Source of the DNA: Lytechinus pictus
Lineage: Eukaryota
Reading direction: 5' to 3'
Assembly: GCF_037042905.1 (NCBI RefSeq)
Contig: NC_087245.1
Coordinates: 17,672,001-17,736,000, forward strand
Length of the DNA: 64,000 bases
The position numbers and the translations under genes were made by a program. The notes below the pieces were generated by a model. It was not told the DNA's origin, did not search any database, and saw only the letters and a list, made by a program, of their open reading frames with translations. Positions 52,645-64,000 of this stretch are shown one piece after another; the first letter of the stretch is position 1, and each line of letters starts with the position of its first letter.

Positions 52645-55600
52645 ATGAAAAAAACATCAGTAATCATGGTAAGCTCATACTTTCTATTATTATTATTATT
52701 ACTATTATCATTATTATTATTATCATTATCGCAGATTTCATATCCGTCATGATTTATCGTGGACATAATTACGGTTTCATGATGTTTACTTTTACTTCTT
52801 AGGCCAATTTTCCATTTCATTTCTTGGTCAATAAAAAAAATGAACTAAAATAGTTGCCTGTTATGTACATGTTGCACACCTGTATTTGTCCCCCCCCCCC
52901 CCCTCATCTCTCTCTCTCTATATATATCTCTCTCTCCCTCCTTGAACAGTTTTGAAAACAAGTCCTTATTCTTTTTTAATGTTCGATTTATTTAGGGAAA
53001 ATTGATTTTGTATTCAGTTACGTCCATCACAATCGTCATGGAATTCTTAATTGATATCTCTTTATGCTTCTTTCAGTCTGTCGTATGCTCATCACAGAGT
53101 TTGCCTATTTTACTGTTCCTCATTCCAGTGAGTTTCGTTCATGGTGGTAAGTTTGAATTTGATATTTTGACCCTTTTTTATTTGTATTGATTATCATGAT
53201 TATAAACAAAACATCTCATAATTACTGTAGACAAAAAGAAAAACAACATAGAAAAAATAACTAAAATAATAATCAGAATAACAATATCAATAAGAATATA
53301 AAGTGACCCTGTTTGTAATCATACACTTTCTTCTTATAATATTTTTGCGATTTATAAATCGCGGTATAATCTGTGGAGAGAATGCAATGTTGGATTGTAA
53401 CATAGCCAATCCTTACTATCTTTTCAACAGTAAAGTAAATTGTGGAGAAAACACTCGGAATGATCACGAATGTATCACAGATCCCGTGATCCCACTTTAA
53501 TTTTTTGTAACTTCTAGTTTAGTTCATACTTCAGTACTTTACATATTTAAAAGAAATATTCGGGGAAACGCATAAACGATCAAAATTACCGTCTTGTCGA
53601 TTTTTTTTTTACAATACAGTTGCTGAATTTAAAGAGCTTTGCGACCCAGACCCTTTATCATGTAAGAACATCACTCTATCTGGAGGGAGATCGATTCAAT
53701 TCATTCGAAGATTAGCATCAACATCAAACGATTCTGAACCAGTTCTGGTAAAACTCCCATCTTGGCGCCAATTTGTCTGTGTTTTACCGAAAAGAAATGG
53801 TGAGTGTATAAAAACAATCTTCTACAGATATTTTGGACATGATAGGCCTATGTCCCCTTACATCATAAGATTTCGCAAAAATATTTTCTAGGCTATTTGG
53901 ATTACAGTTGCTCATTTCACCTTTCTTTAGATGGGTATTATGACCGGTTCCCTCGAGCCATTTGGCGCATCTTCCTCCCGGATCTTCCTGTTCCTATAAT
54001 CATGATAATATGCTAAAGAGATACTGTAACCGGCGTGTGGTCTATCGTGTTTAAGTATTTCTTGAGGAGCCACATCTGTTACAGGTGCTCTTCGAATTGT
54101 CATTTTTGTGTGACATTGTAGAGTTTTGCTTCTGACCAAATTGCTTTGTTGCACCAAATATGCAAAAGTCTATACATGTTATTCATTGGCAGCGGAACGG
54201 TTTTGAAAGGGGGAGGGGCTGAACATACACAAAATCGCAATCATGGTCATTTTTGCGTTTTTGTACAAAGTTTTGGGAAAAGTGGGGCTGAAGCCCCTAG
54301 CCCCCCCCCCCCCGGTTCAGTGAGCCATGTTAATCTGTAAATGTGGAAGGGTCTGGTTAATTAAAGAATTCATTATTAACTTTTCCCCTTGTTTGTCCTT
54401 TATTTCGGATCGTGCTTTCCTACTATCTTTTGCAAAGAGCGATTTTGTACGATTCGTATTGACTGCATCCTATGCAGTCTGCTTCCTCTTCTTGAACCAT
54501 GGACCGTGTTTTAAAGTGTTTCGTAAATATCTTATCGAGAATAGTATTTCTATATACAATGTGCCTTTACACTATCATCTATAGGCCGGCCAGACCGGAT
54601 TCGTTAATGTTTTTGCTCTCTTCCATCATCATGATCATGTGTCCATGTTTCTACTACAAGAAGTTCTGTCCCAACACAATCACCATCCGTAAATAGTTTT
54701 TTAATTAGCATTATTATATCGTCTTTGTATTATTATGTCAATATCGTAGAGACTCCTACGGATGCATCACCACCACTAGAAACTCTCGATGGAGGAAGTT
54801 CGACAACTTCGCCAGAAATTTCATCCAGTGGATCAACTGAAGCTTCGTCAGAACAAGCAATGTCAGGCTCAGTAACTACTCCATCAGAACATACGACCAA
54901 TGGTAAAACAAGCCCCCAGTCCCCCTTCTCGGTTCCGTGCCCATAATAATCTGTAATAGCTCAATGGTTAAAGTGATATGGTCTGATAACACTTCCATAA
55001 TGATTTTCCTCGTTTGTCCTTTATGTCGGATCATGCATTCCTCCTAACTCTTTTGCAGTTAGGTATCGCGATTTTGGACGATTCTTATTGACCCAATCCT
55101 GTGCAGTCTTCTTCCTTTTCTTGAACCATGGATCATGTTTTTCATTGTTCCTTTAATGTCTCATCGAGAATAGTACTGCTATCAATGTTTCTTCTAGACC
55201 AGACCGGTTTTGCTAATGTTTTTGCTCTCTTCCATTCATCTATGATCTTCCATGTTTCTCCTACACGAAGTTCTGTCCTAACACAATCACCATCGGTAAT
55301 TGTTTTTTATGTCAATATCGTATAGATACTCCCATGGATGCATCACCACCCCAAGAAACTCCTGGTGGAGGAAGTTCGACAACTTCACCAGAACTTTCAT
55401 CCAGTGGATCAACTGAAGCTTCGTCAGAACAAGCAATGACCCCAATGACAGGCTCTTCAACTACTCCATCAGAACCTGCGACCAATGGTACAACGATATA
55501 TTCGCAGGAACATACGTCAGGTTATTCGACAACTCCATCAGAACATACGACAGACGATGCGGCTACAACTTTGTCACACCCTACAACAATTCCTTCTACG

Positions 55601-58600
55601 GAGGCTTTACCTGAAACCACAACTAAAGGAAATTTAGATGTGAATTCGTGTAAGATGCTCTATTCAATGGGGCATAAAACAAGTGGTGTCTATGCCATCT
55701 CTCCTAGCGGTGTGGGACTGACCGATGTCTACTGCGATATGACCACCGATAGCGGAGGGTGGACAATCTTCCAGGTACGTTCCGCTAGGTTCTCGGTGTG
55801 AAATGAATCTATCCGATGTTTATGTTTTATTAAGATGGTCAATATTTTTGCTTAATCGCATCTTTTTTTTCCTTTTTTTTTTTTTTTTTTAAAGAACTTT
55901 TGCTCTATCCACCATTTCATTCTGGCCTCTTCATCATGTTAATATAGGCCAAATAAATAGAATTTTGTAGACTTCCTCGGTTCGCCCGCTCACAATTTTT
56001 CTAAAATATTCCAACGTATCTAAACTCAACCTTTTCTTGCACGCTCACTATTCGATAATTTTTTTCACATATCACATCCTTCACAATAATAATATGCATA
56101 CAGAAACGTTATGACGGATCTGTGGATTTTTACCTCAATTATACCGAGTATGTTCGTGGATTTGGTGACGTCGAGGGCGAATACTGGTTGGGATTAGACC
56201 AACTCTACTTACTTGCTAAAGATGGAGTCGAACTCAGAATCGATATGGTTGATTACGATAACAATCCATTCTACGCTCATTATGGCAGTTTTAGCATTGG
56301 AAGTACCAACACCAAGTAAGGTTCTTACAATTTTCCTTCGCTATAATTATAGAGAGAGCGTATGGAAAACGTTACATTTTGGAAAAGCTGTCAAAATTAC
56401 GCTTATTAATGAAGTATCATTGTGTAATATCTCTAAAATCTTCTCTATTAGATGACATCACGATATATTTTGTTCATGCTTGAGCGCAAAACGACATGTT
56501 TTATCAGAGTGACGAGAATGGCTTGCGCCATAATGAAGGAAATGGGCAGTCAAATCAAATGATTTGCTCGAGTTATTAAGATCTTTTCACATACTATTTA
56601 TTCTTAATTAGTACAGGATAGAAGAAGCATAACCTTGTTTTTACATATATATTATATTTTTTTATGGTTTCTTGTCAATTTGAGGGTGCTGATTACGAAT
56701 CTGAATGATGCCACTTGTGTAACCTTGAGCATTTTCCGCAAATTGGCAAAATCCAATATGGCCGCCAAAATATGCAAATTACCCATGAAAATCATAAAAT
56801 TGCCCGCACATTGGCAACAAAATACATGAAATTGTGTGGCAGGAGTGAAATACTCGCTGAAAAAATAATTTTTGACAAAATATCTATTTTCTGGATCATA
56901 ATGGCCGCCATAGGCCTCTGTATACTCTATTATGTGCAACATGAATAGGGAAAACTAATTTTCACAAAAAATGAGCACTAAACTGCAAGAAATCGTGATC
57001 TATGAACGAAGTTCTGTATGCAAATCGTCATTACTAACGAGATATATCATTTATTATATCATGTATGGGAACATTTCTGTATTTTGATATTTAAAATAGC
57101 CGCCACTGGCCAAAACAGTATTATGTACAATGGCAAAGGGGGCCAAAAAATCACAAGAGTGAGCACTAAAATGCATATTATTAAGATAAACGAGTGGAAT
57201 ACTGACTAAAAACATAATTGTTAGCGAAATTTATCATTTAATATACCATGTATGTGATAAATGTTGTATTTTGATATTCAAAATTGCTGCCTAAAACCCT
57301 AACAGTATTATGTACAATGAGAAAGAGGACCAAAGAAATTACAAGAGGTGGCACTAAAATGCATATGTATGTGATAAAGTTACGTAATACTGTCTAAAAA
57401 AACCATAATGAATATTCGTAGTACACGTAAATGGAGTAGATCTCCAACGAAATATAGTTTGTGTTAAATACTGTATTTTGACTTTCAAAATGGCCGCCAT
57501 AGACATTGACTGTATTATATATAATGCGAACTGGGAAACTAATATTCACAGGAGTGAGCACCATAAATGTACGTTATAGTGATCCATGAGTAAAATATTG
57601 CCTGAAAGCATAATTTCTAACAAGATATATCATTTATTCTGCCAGTTAGGTGACAAATACTGTATTTTAAAAGTAAAAATGGCTACTACAGGCCCTTACG
57701 GTATATTATGTACCATGTAAATGGAAAAAAATGATTTCAACAGATTTTGGCTTTGCTTGACTAAATGGTGTTGTATGAGTGAAATATTGTCTGAAAACAT
57801 CATTTATAACAAAATATATCATATCTTGTGTAATTTAGGTGATAAATTCTGTATTTAAACATTCAAAATGGCCGTCATATGCCCTTTTGTGAAAATTATC
57901 TGTCCACATTCAAATTGACGATAAGGGCCTATGATGGCTATTCTCAATTTCAAAATGCAGCATTTTCAACTTAATTACACAAGATATGATATATCTCGGC
58001 AGAAACCATGGTTTTAGGCAATATTTCACCCTTACATCACAATTATATGCAATATCTATAGTCAAGCAAAGCCAAATTCTGTCAAAATTATATGTCACAT
58101 GTTCCTATGTACATAATACTTTTAGGACCTATGGCAGCCATTTTGGATTTCAAAGTATACAGCATTTATTACCTCCATGACCAATATGTGATGTAGTTAG
58201 AAATCATGTTTAAGACAATATTTTTAATCGTACATAACAGTTACATGCATTTTATGATTTTCACTCTTGTGAAAATTAGTTTGGTTAGGGCTTGTAGCGG
58301 CTATTTTGAATGTCAAAATACAGTATTTATCACCTACATGGCAGAAGGAATGCTATAATTCCTTCAAAATTATGTTTTCAAATAATATTTTACTCATACA
58401 ACAGGATTATATGGATTTCATAGTCAAGCAAACCCAAATTCTTACAAAATTATATGTCCCCATTTACATTCTAGATAATACTGTTAGGGCCTTTAATGGG
58501 CCAATTTTGAATTTCACAATACAGCATTTATCTCATGCATGACAAAAGAAATGATATGCCTCGCTAGAAAACATGTTTTCAGACAAAATTTTACTCGTAG

Positions 58601-61409
58601 ATCACAATTACATGTATTTTATGTTTCTTACTCTTGTGAAAAATAGTTTCTCCATTTGCATTGTACATAATAAATATAGGGCCCATTGCGGCCATTTTGA
58701 ATGTCAAATTATAGCATTTATCACATACATGGCATAATGAATAATATCTTTAGTTAACAATTATGTTTTTAGTCAGTATTCCACTCGTTTATCTTAATAA
58801 TATGCATTTTAGTGCTCACTCTTGTGAATTTTTTGGCCCCCATTGCCATTGTACATAATACTGTTTGGGCCAGTGGCGGCTATTTTAAATATCAAAATAC
58901 AGCAATTTCCCCATACATGACATAATATATATATCTCGTTAGTAATGGTGATTTGCATACTGTACTTCGTTCATATATCACGATTTCTTGCGGTTTAGTG
59001 CTCATTTTTGTGAAAATGAGTTTTCCCTATTCATGTTATACATAATAGAGTTTACAGAGGTCTATGGCGGCCATTTTGAATATCCAGAAAACAGATATTT
59101 TGTCAAAAATTATTTTTTCAGAGAGTATTTCACTCCTGCCACAAAATTTCATGCATTTATTGCCAATGTGCGGGCAATTTAGTGACTTTCATGGGTAATT
59201 CACATATTTTGGCGGCCATATTGGATTTTGCCAATTTGTGGAAAATGCTCAAGGTTACACGAGTGACATCATTCAGATTCGTAATCAGCACCCTCGAATT
59301 GACAAGCAACCATCAAAAAATATTGTATATATGAAAAAACAAGGTTTGTCAATTTTCTATGGGGCCAATCCTGGACTAAATCATGCTTAAAACAGTGGAC
59401 AATAGAAATTTTAAAAATCTATTTTGGGTATTCACATACGTGATTTTGACAGCTTTTTCAAAATGAAACGTTTATCGTTCATCAAATTTTGATTTTTGTT
59501 TATATTGCTTATATAATTCTACATTACACATTACTACCGAACCAACAGCAACGGTAATTATCATTTCCCTAAATCATCCCCGGGTAATATGTGCCTTGTC
59601 ACTCCCGGGTCACCAAACCCCCCACCCCCCCCCCCCCCCCCCCCGCTCGTAATCGCGATATCTGCGCGATGGCAGAAATGACGGTTGCATCTTAGCAAAC
59701 TTTCACTATATATTATCTTGTCCCATACACGGATTAACTATCTTTATTTGCGCATGAAAGTAGAATTTGGGGGTAAATCTATCGATAAAGCCATCGAAAA
59801 ACTTTTTTTTTCAGAGACTCTTTGTATCTAGGATTGTTACAAATATGCATACACATAAAATGTTTTCTTAAGTGGGTCTATTTATCGTTGTGTTTTTCCT
59901 GTTTATTTATTTTTTTTAACTATGTTTTTTAATGGAATTTTTCGTCGATACTTGAAAGTGCTATTTAAATCGAATGTTACAAGGGCCGCGAAACCGAAGG
60001 GGGGGCGGGTGGCGCTTCATCTCTCCCAGTATTTAACCATTTTCACAAAGAGTGAAAATGACCAACGATTTTATGCATGCCCCCCCCCCCCCTCGCTTTC
60101 CATATCGTTCTGCAGCCCCTCTGTAAAAAGAAACAGTTACTAATTTTGACTAGAAACAGAGTTTACATTGGATTTGTGCATGAAATTACTTTTTTATAGC
60201 AAATTTGGGCCTAACAATAACCATGAGCAGATGACCAATAAACAAATTACGATAATTTAAGGGGTACTCCAGGCTGAAAATGATATGATTTGAAAAAGAT
60301 AAAGAAAAAATAGACAAACAAAACACTGAAGAATTGTTTGAAAATGGACAAGGAATAACAAAGTTATGACATTATATAGATTTGCATTATTTCGGTGAAA
60401 CAGTTCTAAACATGTCTTCATGAGTAGACCAATAATATCATATCCCCACTTGTTCTTTTGTATTTTTTTACATGAAAGTATGTTTATTCATTTTTTTTCT
60501 TTAAGAACAAAATATAAAAGGATAGACAATTGATATAATATATGAGATATTCATGGCTGCAACTTATTTTATCATGATAAAGATATATCACACACACATG
60601 TATGAAAATATGAAATAAATATGATTTCATGTAACAACATAAAAAGGTAAAGTGGGGAGGTGACATCATCAGCCCACCTACTGAATATTCATGCAACGTT
60701 CATATAACTGTTTCACAATATTGCTGAATTTTACTATAGGCAAATATACTTAGATATAATAATTTTCAACCCGGAGTAACCCTTTATTCTGATGTTGATT
60801 ACATTTTCAATGTAATGCTTGTTTAAATTTATTTTAAAGTAAATGAATAAAGATATTAATGAATGAATTGAAAAAAAATAGATAAAATATAATGACGTGA
60901 CCAAAAATTAATGAATTACAAAATAATATTTATGCACGGAGCATTTTTCAACTTAGGGGCCCTACGAAAATAAGAAGTAAAAATGAAAGTGCTGATACTT
61001 AGATCCTCGGGTGCGATACGTCAGACATATTTTCATTATATTTTCTCTTCAATCGCAATCTTGAATTTACATGACTGTTTTAAGGTTCTATATAGTCTTT
61101 GACTAAATTCAATTTAATGTATGTATTTACTATCTTCAACAAAGCTACCGAATCGGGTTTTCATCATATACCGGTACTGCAGGAGAAGGGCTAGATGTAG
61201 CCAACGGACAGGACTTCTCAGCCTATGACAATGACCATGATGACAACTGGGCTAATTGTGCTTCTCTGTGCAGAGGGGGGTGGTGGTATAACGACTGTTA
61301 TACAGCCAACTTGAATGGGGTACACGGACTCCAAACTGGTTTGACAGGGATTATTTGGGATTGGCCTGACACAAAATACATGAGAGCTACAGAAATGAAG
61401 TTAAGATGA
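52645..61409 (+). CDS. Secreted mucin-stalk FReD protein copy D, ~450 aa; exons 52645-52668, 53077-53146, 53620-53799, 54750-54902, 55326-55774, 56104-56315, 61145-61409
   Basis: Same structure with only two Ser/Thr modules; the FReD-start exon is 69 nt longer. Last exon NYRIGFSSYTGTAGEGLDVANGQDFSAYDNDHDDNWANCASLCRGGWWYNDCYTANLNGVHGLQTGLTGIIWDWPDTKYMRATEMKLR*. Confidence 0.85.
56611..59376. mobile_element. Same foldback element, copy D
   Basis: Orthologous position and sequence to 677-3448. Confidence 0.8.
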
Positions 61410-62542
61410 TCGGATTGATCCATTGTTATTGTCATTCCTTTCTACCTAATTTTTGAGATTCTTATACATAGTTATTTTAAAGCACAATGTAGTCCAAGTG
61501 ATTGTGTATATTAGAGAATCACTTGAAAAACAGGAATAAGCAATTTAAACATATTTCATGTAATGATCTATATCTATAATGGATTTCATGTCAACATGGT
61601 AACACGAACATTGGCCTCATGTTTCGGAGGGGGGGGGTGGGCTGCTCACGTATAATGGTAGAACCGGTATGTGGCTCTAAAGACCCCTTTTCACTCATTG
61701 ACCAACCCGTTCTCCCTCGCTCCTTCATGTCCTAACTCCTAACTAAGCCCTTTATTTTATTCGTCAGTTCTCGATGACCACATTTCATTGTAAATTCCAC
61801 CCACCCCCCCCCCAAAAAAAAAAAATGCAGAACTTCAGTTCTTAAGAGTATGGCATCTGATTTTCTGGCCAAACATCCGTATACTTTCCAATCCGAGTTG
61901 GGGGGGGGGGGGGTGCCTCTCACTGAAAAACCAGTCCAGAATGATAGTCCTTTCTCAAGAGCTTTCAAGACACTGGACCCTGGTTCCTTTCACACCTTAA
62001 GGGCGCCACCTATTGCTGTCCTTTACCAGGAAACGAAACAAAACTGTTTATTCATATTTATTCATCAAAACCTAATAGACAATCATTATTCGGAGTTGTT
62101 AAAACTCATATTAGTGAAAAGTGCGTAAGTTTCGGTATTTTACATCAAATCCAGACAATAACAGACTGTCATGAAAATAGCATTTTTCTCGTGACAATTT
62201 TATTTCCACTCTACAAAATCCCAGCCATGGCGTAATTTCTTTCAGCAAGAAATTTATCCACATTGTGCTGCACTCAACCCAGGTGAGGTGAATGGGTACC
62301 CGGTAGGAAGAAATTCCTTGAAGGCTTGAGCAGCCCAGCTAAAGCCAGGGTTATAATAATAGCAGGGCCCGCTGGGAGAACAGTTTCAGAACTGAAGTGG
62401 CTTCCTGGGTAAATATACCTATATAACTATATTATTATAAAATACGTACCTTTTAAATTTATCTTTGATACAACCGATGTAGAAGCTTGGCTATTATAGT
62501 ATGACGTATAAATTTATATGTCTCTCTCTCACTTACACACTC

Positions 62543-62944
62543 CGATTCATAGAAAACATTAAACAGTTCAAACGGGAAATGGCTAAATGGGAAAAAACCT
62601 TTAATATGTAATAGGGACTAATGGTGGAATCTATTTTATTCTTTCTCCTCATTTTGTACATATTTTATCTCTTTTCATGTGTATATAATGTTTTCGTTTA
62701 GTTTTAGGTAACATCTGTACAGTATCATATTTTATTTGTTCTGTTATTTCCCATAGTTAATTATGCTTATTTCATTTCATTTTTTTGTTTCAATATTAGT
62801 ATTTATGCTCTATTCTTTGTTTATATTTGAATATGTTACCATGTTTTATATTTGTGTTTGTTCACGAAGGGCCTCAACGAAAACCAGCTTGTTGCTGATT
62901 GAGCTACCCTTCTTTTAAATATTTGAAATAAATAAATAAATAAA
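62543..62944 (+). mobile_element. 3' end of a LINE (CR1/L2-like), 5'-truncated
   Basis: ORF end IENIKQFKREMAKWEKTFNM*, T-rich 3' UTR, a structured GC-richer terminus and a (TAAA)n tail; absent from the other units. Confidence 0.7.
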
Positions 62945-63161
62945 TGTGCTCATCACTCCTGGTGCTCATATTGTCTGATTAGATACATAATCCCGTTCAA
63001 GAGGATTAAATGGAGCCATGCATTTTCAAGTCATACACCAAATATTTTTCCTCGAGCGCTCGCCAGGCCTAATTCGCTTTGTGAATTAGGATATCCCTCG
63101 CTTCGCTCGGGAAGCAGCCGCCAGTGCCTCGACAAGAGGCTACGTCAGTGGCTGTTCAGAC

Positions 63162-63510
63162 GGTGACCCGACAATTGCTCCGCCGACATCTGCTCCGCCG
63201 ACAATTGCTACGCAAAATACGACAACTGCTCCGCCGACAATTGCTCCGGACAGTTGCTCCGCCGACAGTTGCTCCGTCGACACTTGCTCCGCCGATATTT
63301 GCTCCGTCGACACTTGCTCCACCGATATTTGCTCCGTCGACATCTGCTCTGCCGATATTTGCTCCGCCGACAATTGCTCCTCCGATAATTGCTCCGCCGA
63401 CATTTGCTCCGATTATACGACAATTGCTCCGCCGATATTTGCTCCGCCAAAATCTGCTCCGTCAATATTTGCTCCGCCGACTTCTGCTCCGCCGTAAATT
63501 GCTCCGATAA
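63162..63510. repeat. 15-bp tandem repeat (GACAATTGCTCCGCC), probably the terminus of a long-TIR transposon
   Basis: About 22 degenerate copies starting abruptly (GGTGACCCGA) where homology to the array unit stops. Confidence 0.8.
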
Positions 63511-64000
63511 TGCGACATTTATATATATTTATTCATCTATTCGTACTTTCATGCGCGTAACAATTGTAGCACAGGATGAAAACGTCAATGCAAAGTAAAC
63601 TTAAACTATGCTTGCATGATATATTACATGACATACACAGGGGGCGCGGAACGGTTTTCAAAGTGGGGGCTGACCATGCTAAAAATCACAATCATATGGT
63701 AATTTTTACGTTTTTGTACACGGTTTTGGAAAAAAAATTGGGGCTGAACCCCCCAGCTCCCGGCCCCTGATACATAACATAGAAAGAAGTAGGAAAAATG
63801 GATAAGCACAAAGGAGGCATAGATATTCTTAATTTCTTATTCCTTGGGGGCATTTGTTTAAGTTTTATTACGTGCCTGGTGATTAAAATGAAAAAAATTA
63901 CGCGTGTTCATGTAATTATTATGACAGTACAAAGAAAACTTCTTAGCGTCAAAATCGCTCTGGCGAAATATGCTCCGAAGTGGAGATATTTGCTCCAGGT

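Larger units (their letters stand above)
1..63161 (+). repeat. Tandem segmental array, ~16-17 kb unit, about 3.5-4 copies in window
   Basis: The same FReD exon starts at 171, 24517, 40138 and 56104, and intergenic sequence recurs in the same order. The A-B distance is inflated by a 7.5 kb insertion. Confidence 0.97.

Noticed and set aside
19373..52645. Start-to-start distances B-C and C-D are both 16636 bp
   Set aside because: The units contain different indels and other landmarks give different periods (15621, 15966); treated as coincidence.
63124..63510. APPTI / RQLLR repeat ORFs
   Set aside because: A 15-bp tandem repeat open in multiple frames; no splice or gene context.
1..64000. Assigning a gene symbol (FCN, TNC, ANGPTL, FIBCD1, MFAP4)
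   Set aside because: No collagen, EGF/FN3, coiled-coil or transmembrane region is seen; orthology cannot be supported from the sequence alone.

Overview
AT-rich, intron-containing eukaryotic (invertebrate; the repeat landscape looks sea-urchin/echinoderm-like, which is an inference) genomic DNA. The window is a head-to-tail tandem array of a ~16-17 kb unit, each carrying one + strand gene for a secreted fibrinogen-related-domain (FReD; ficolin/tenascin/angiopoietin-like C-terminal domain) protein. Copy A shows only its last two exons (171-5700); copies B (19373-29750, 9 coding exons, ~529 aa), C (36009-46339, 8 exons, ~481 aa) and D (52645-61409, 7 exons, ~450 aa) are complete, with GT-AG introns and open frames. 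Architecture is signal peptide / 60-aa 3-Cys exon / variable number of Ser-Thr-Pro mucin-like exons / FReD. The paralogs are nearly identical in the first half of the FReD and in most introns. The last exon, encoding the ligand/Ca-binding P-subdomain, differs almost only by amino-acid-changing substitutions and frame-preserving indels, and stalk length varies by whole-exon duplication, a pattern expected of a diversifying pattern-recognition lectin family. The rest is non-autonomous DNA transposons (a 2.8 kb intronic foldback in every copy, a 7.5 kb nested composite insertion unique to the A-B spacer, several MITEs), SINE/LINE remnants and simple repeats. Almost all ORFs in the supplied track other than these exons are spurious.
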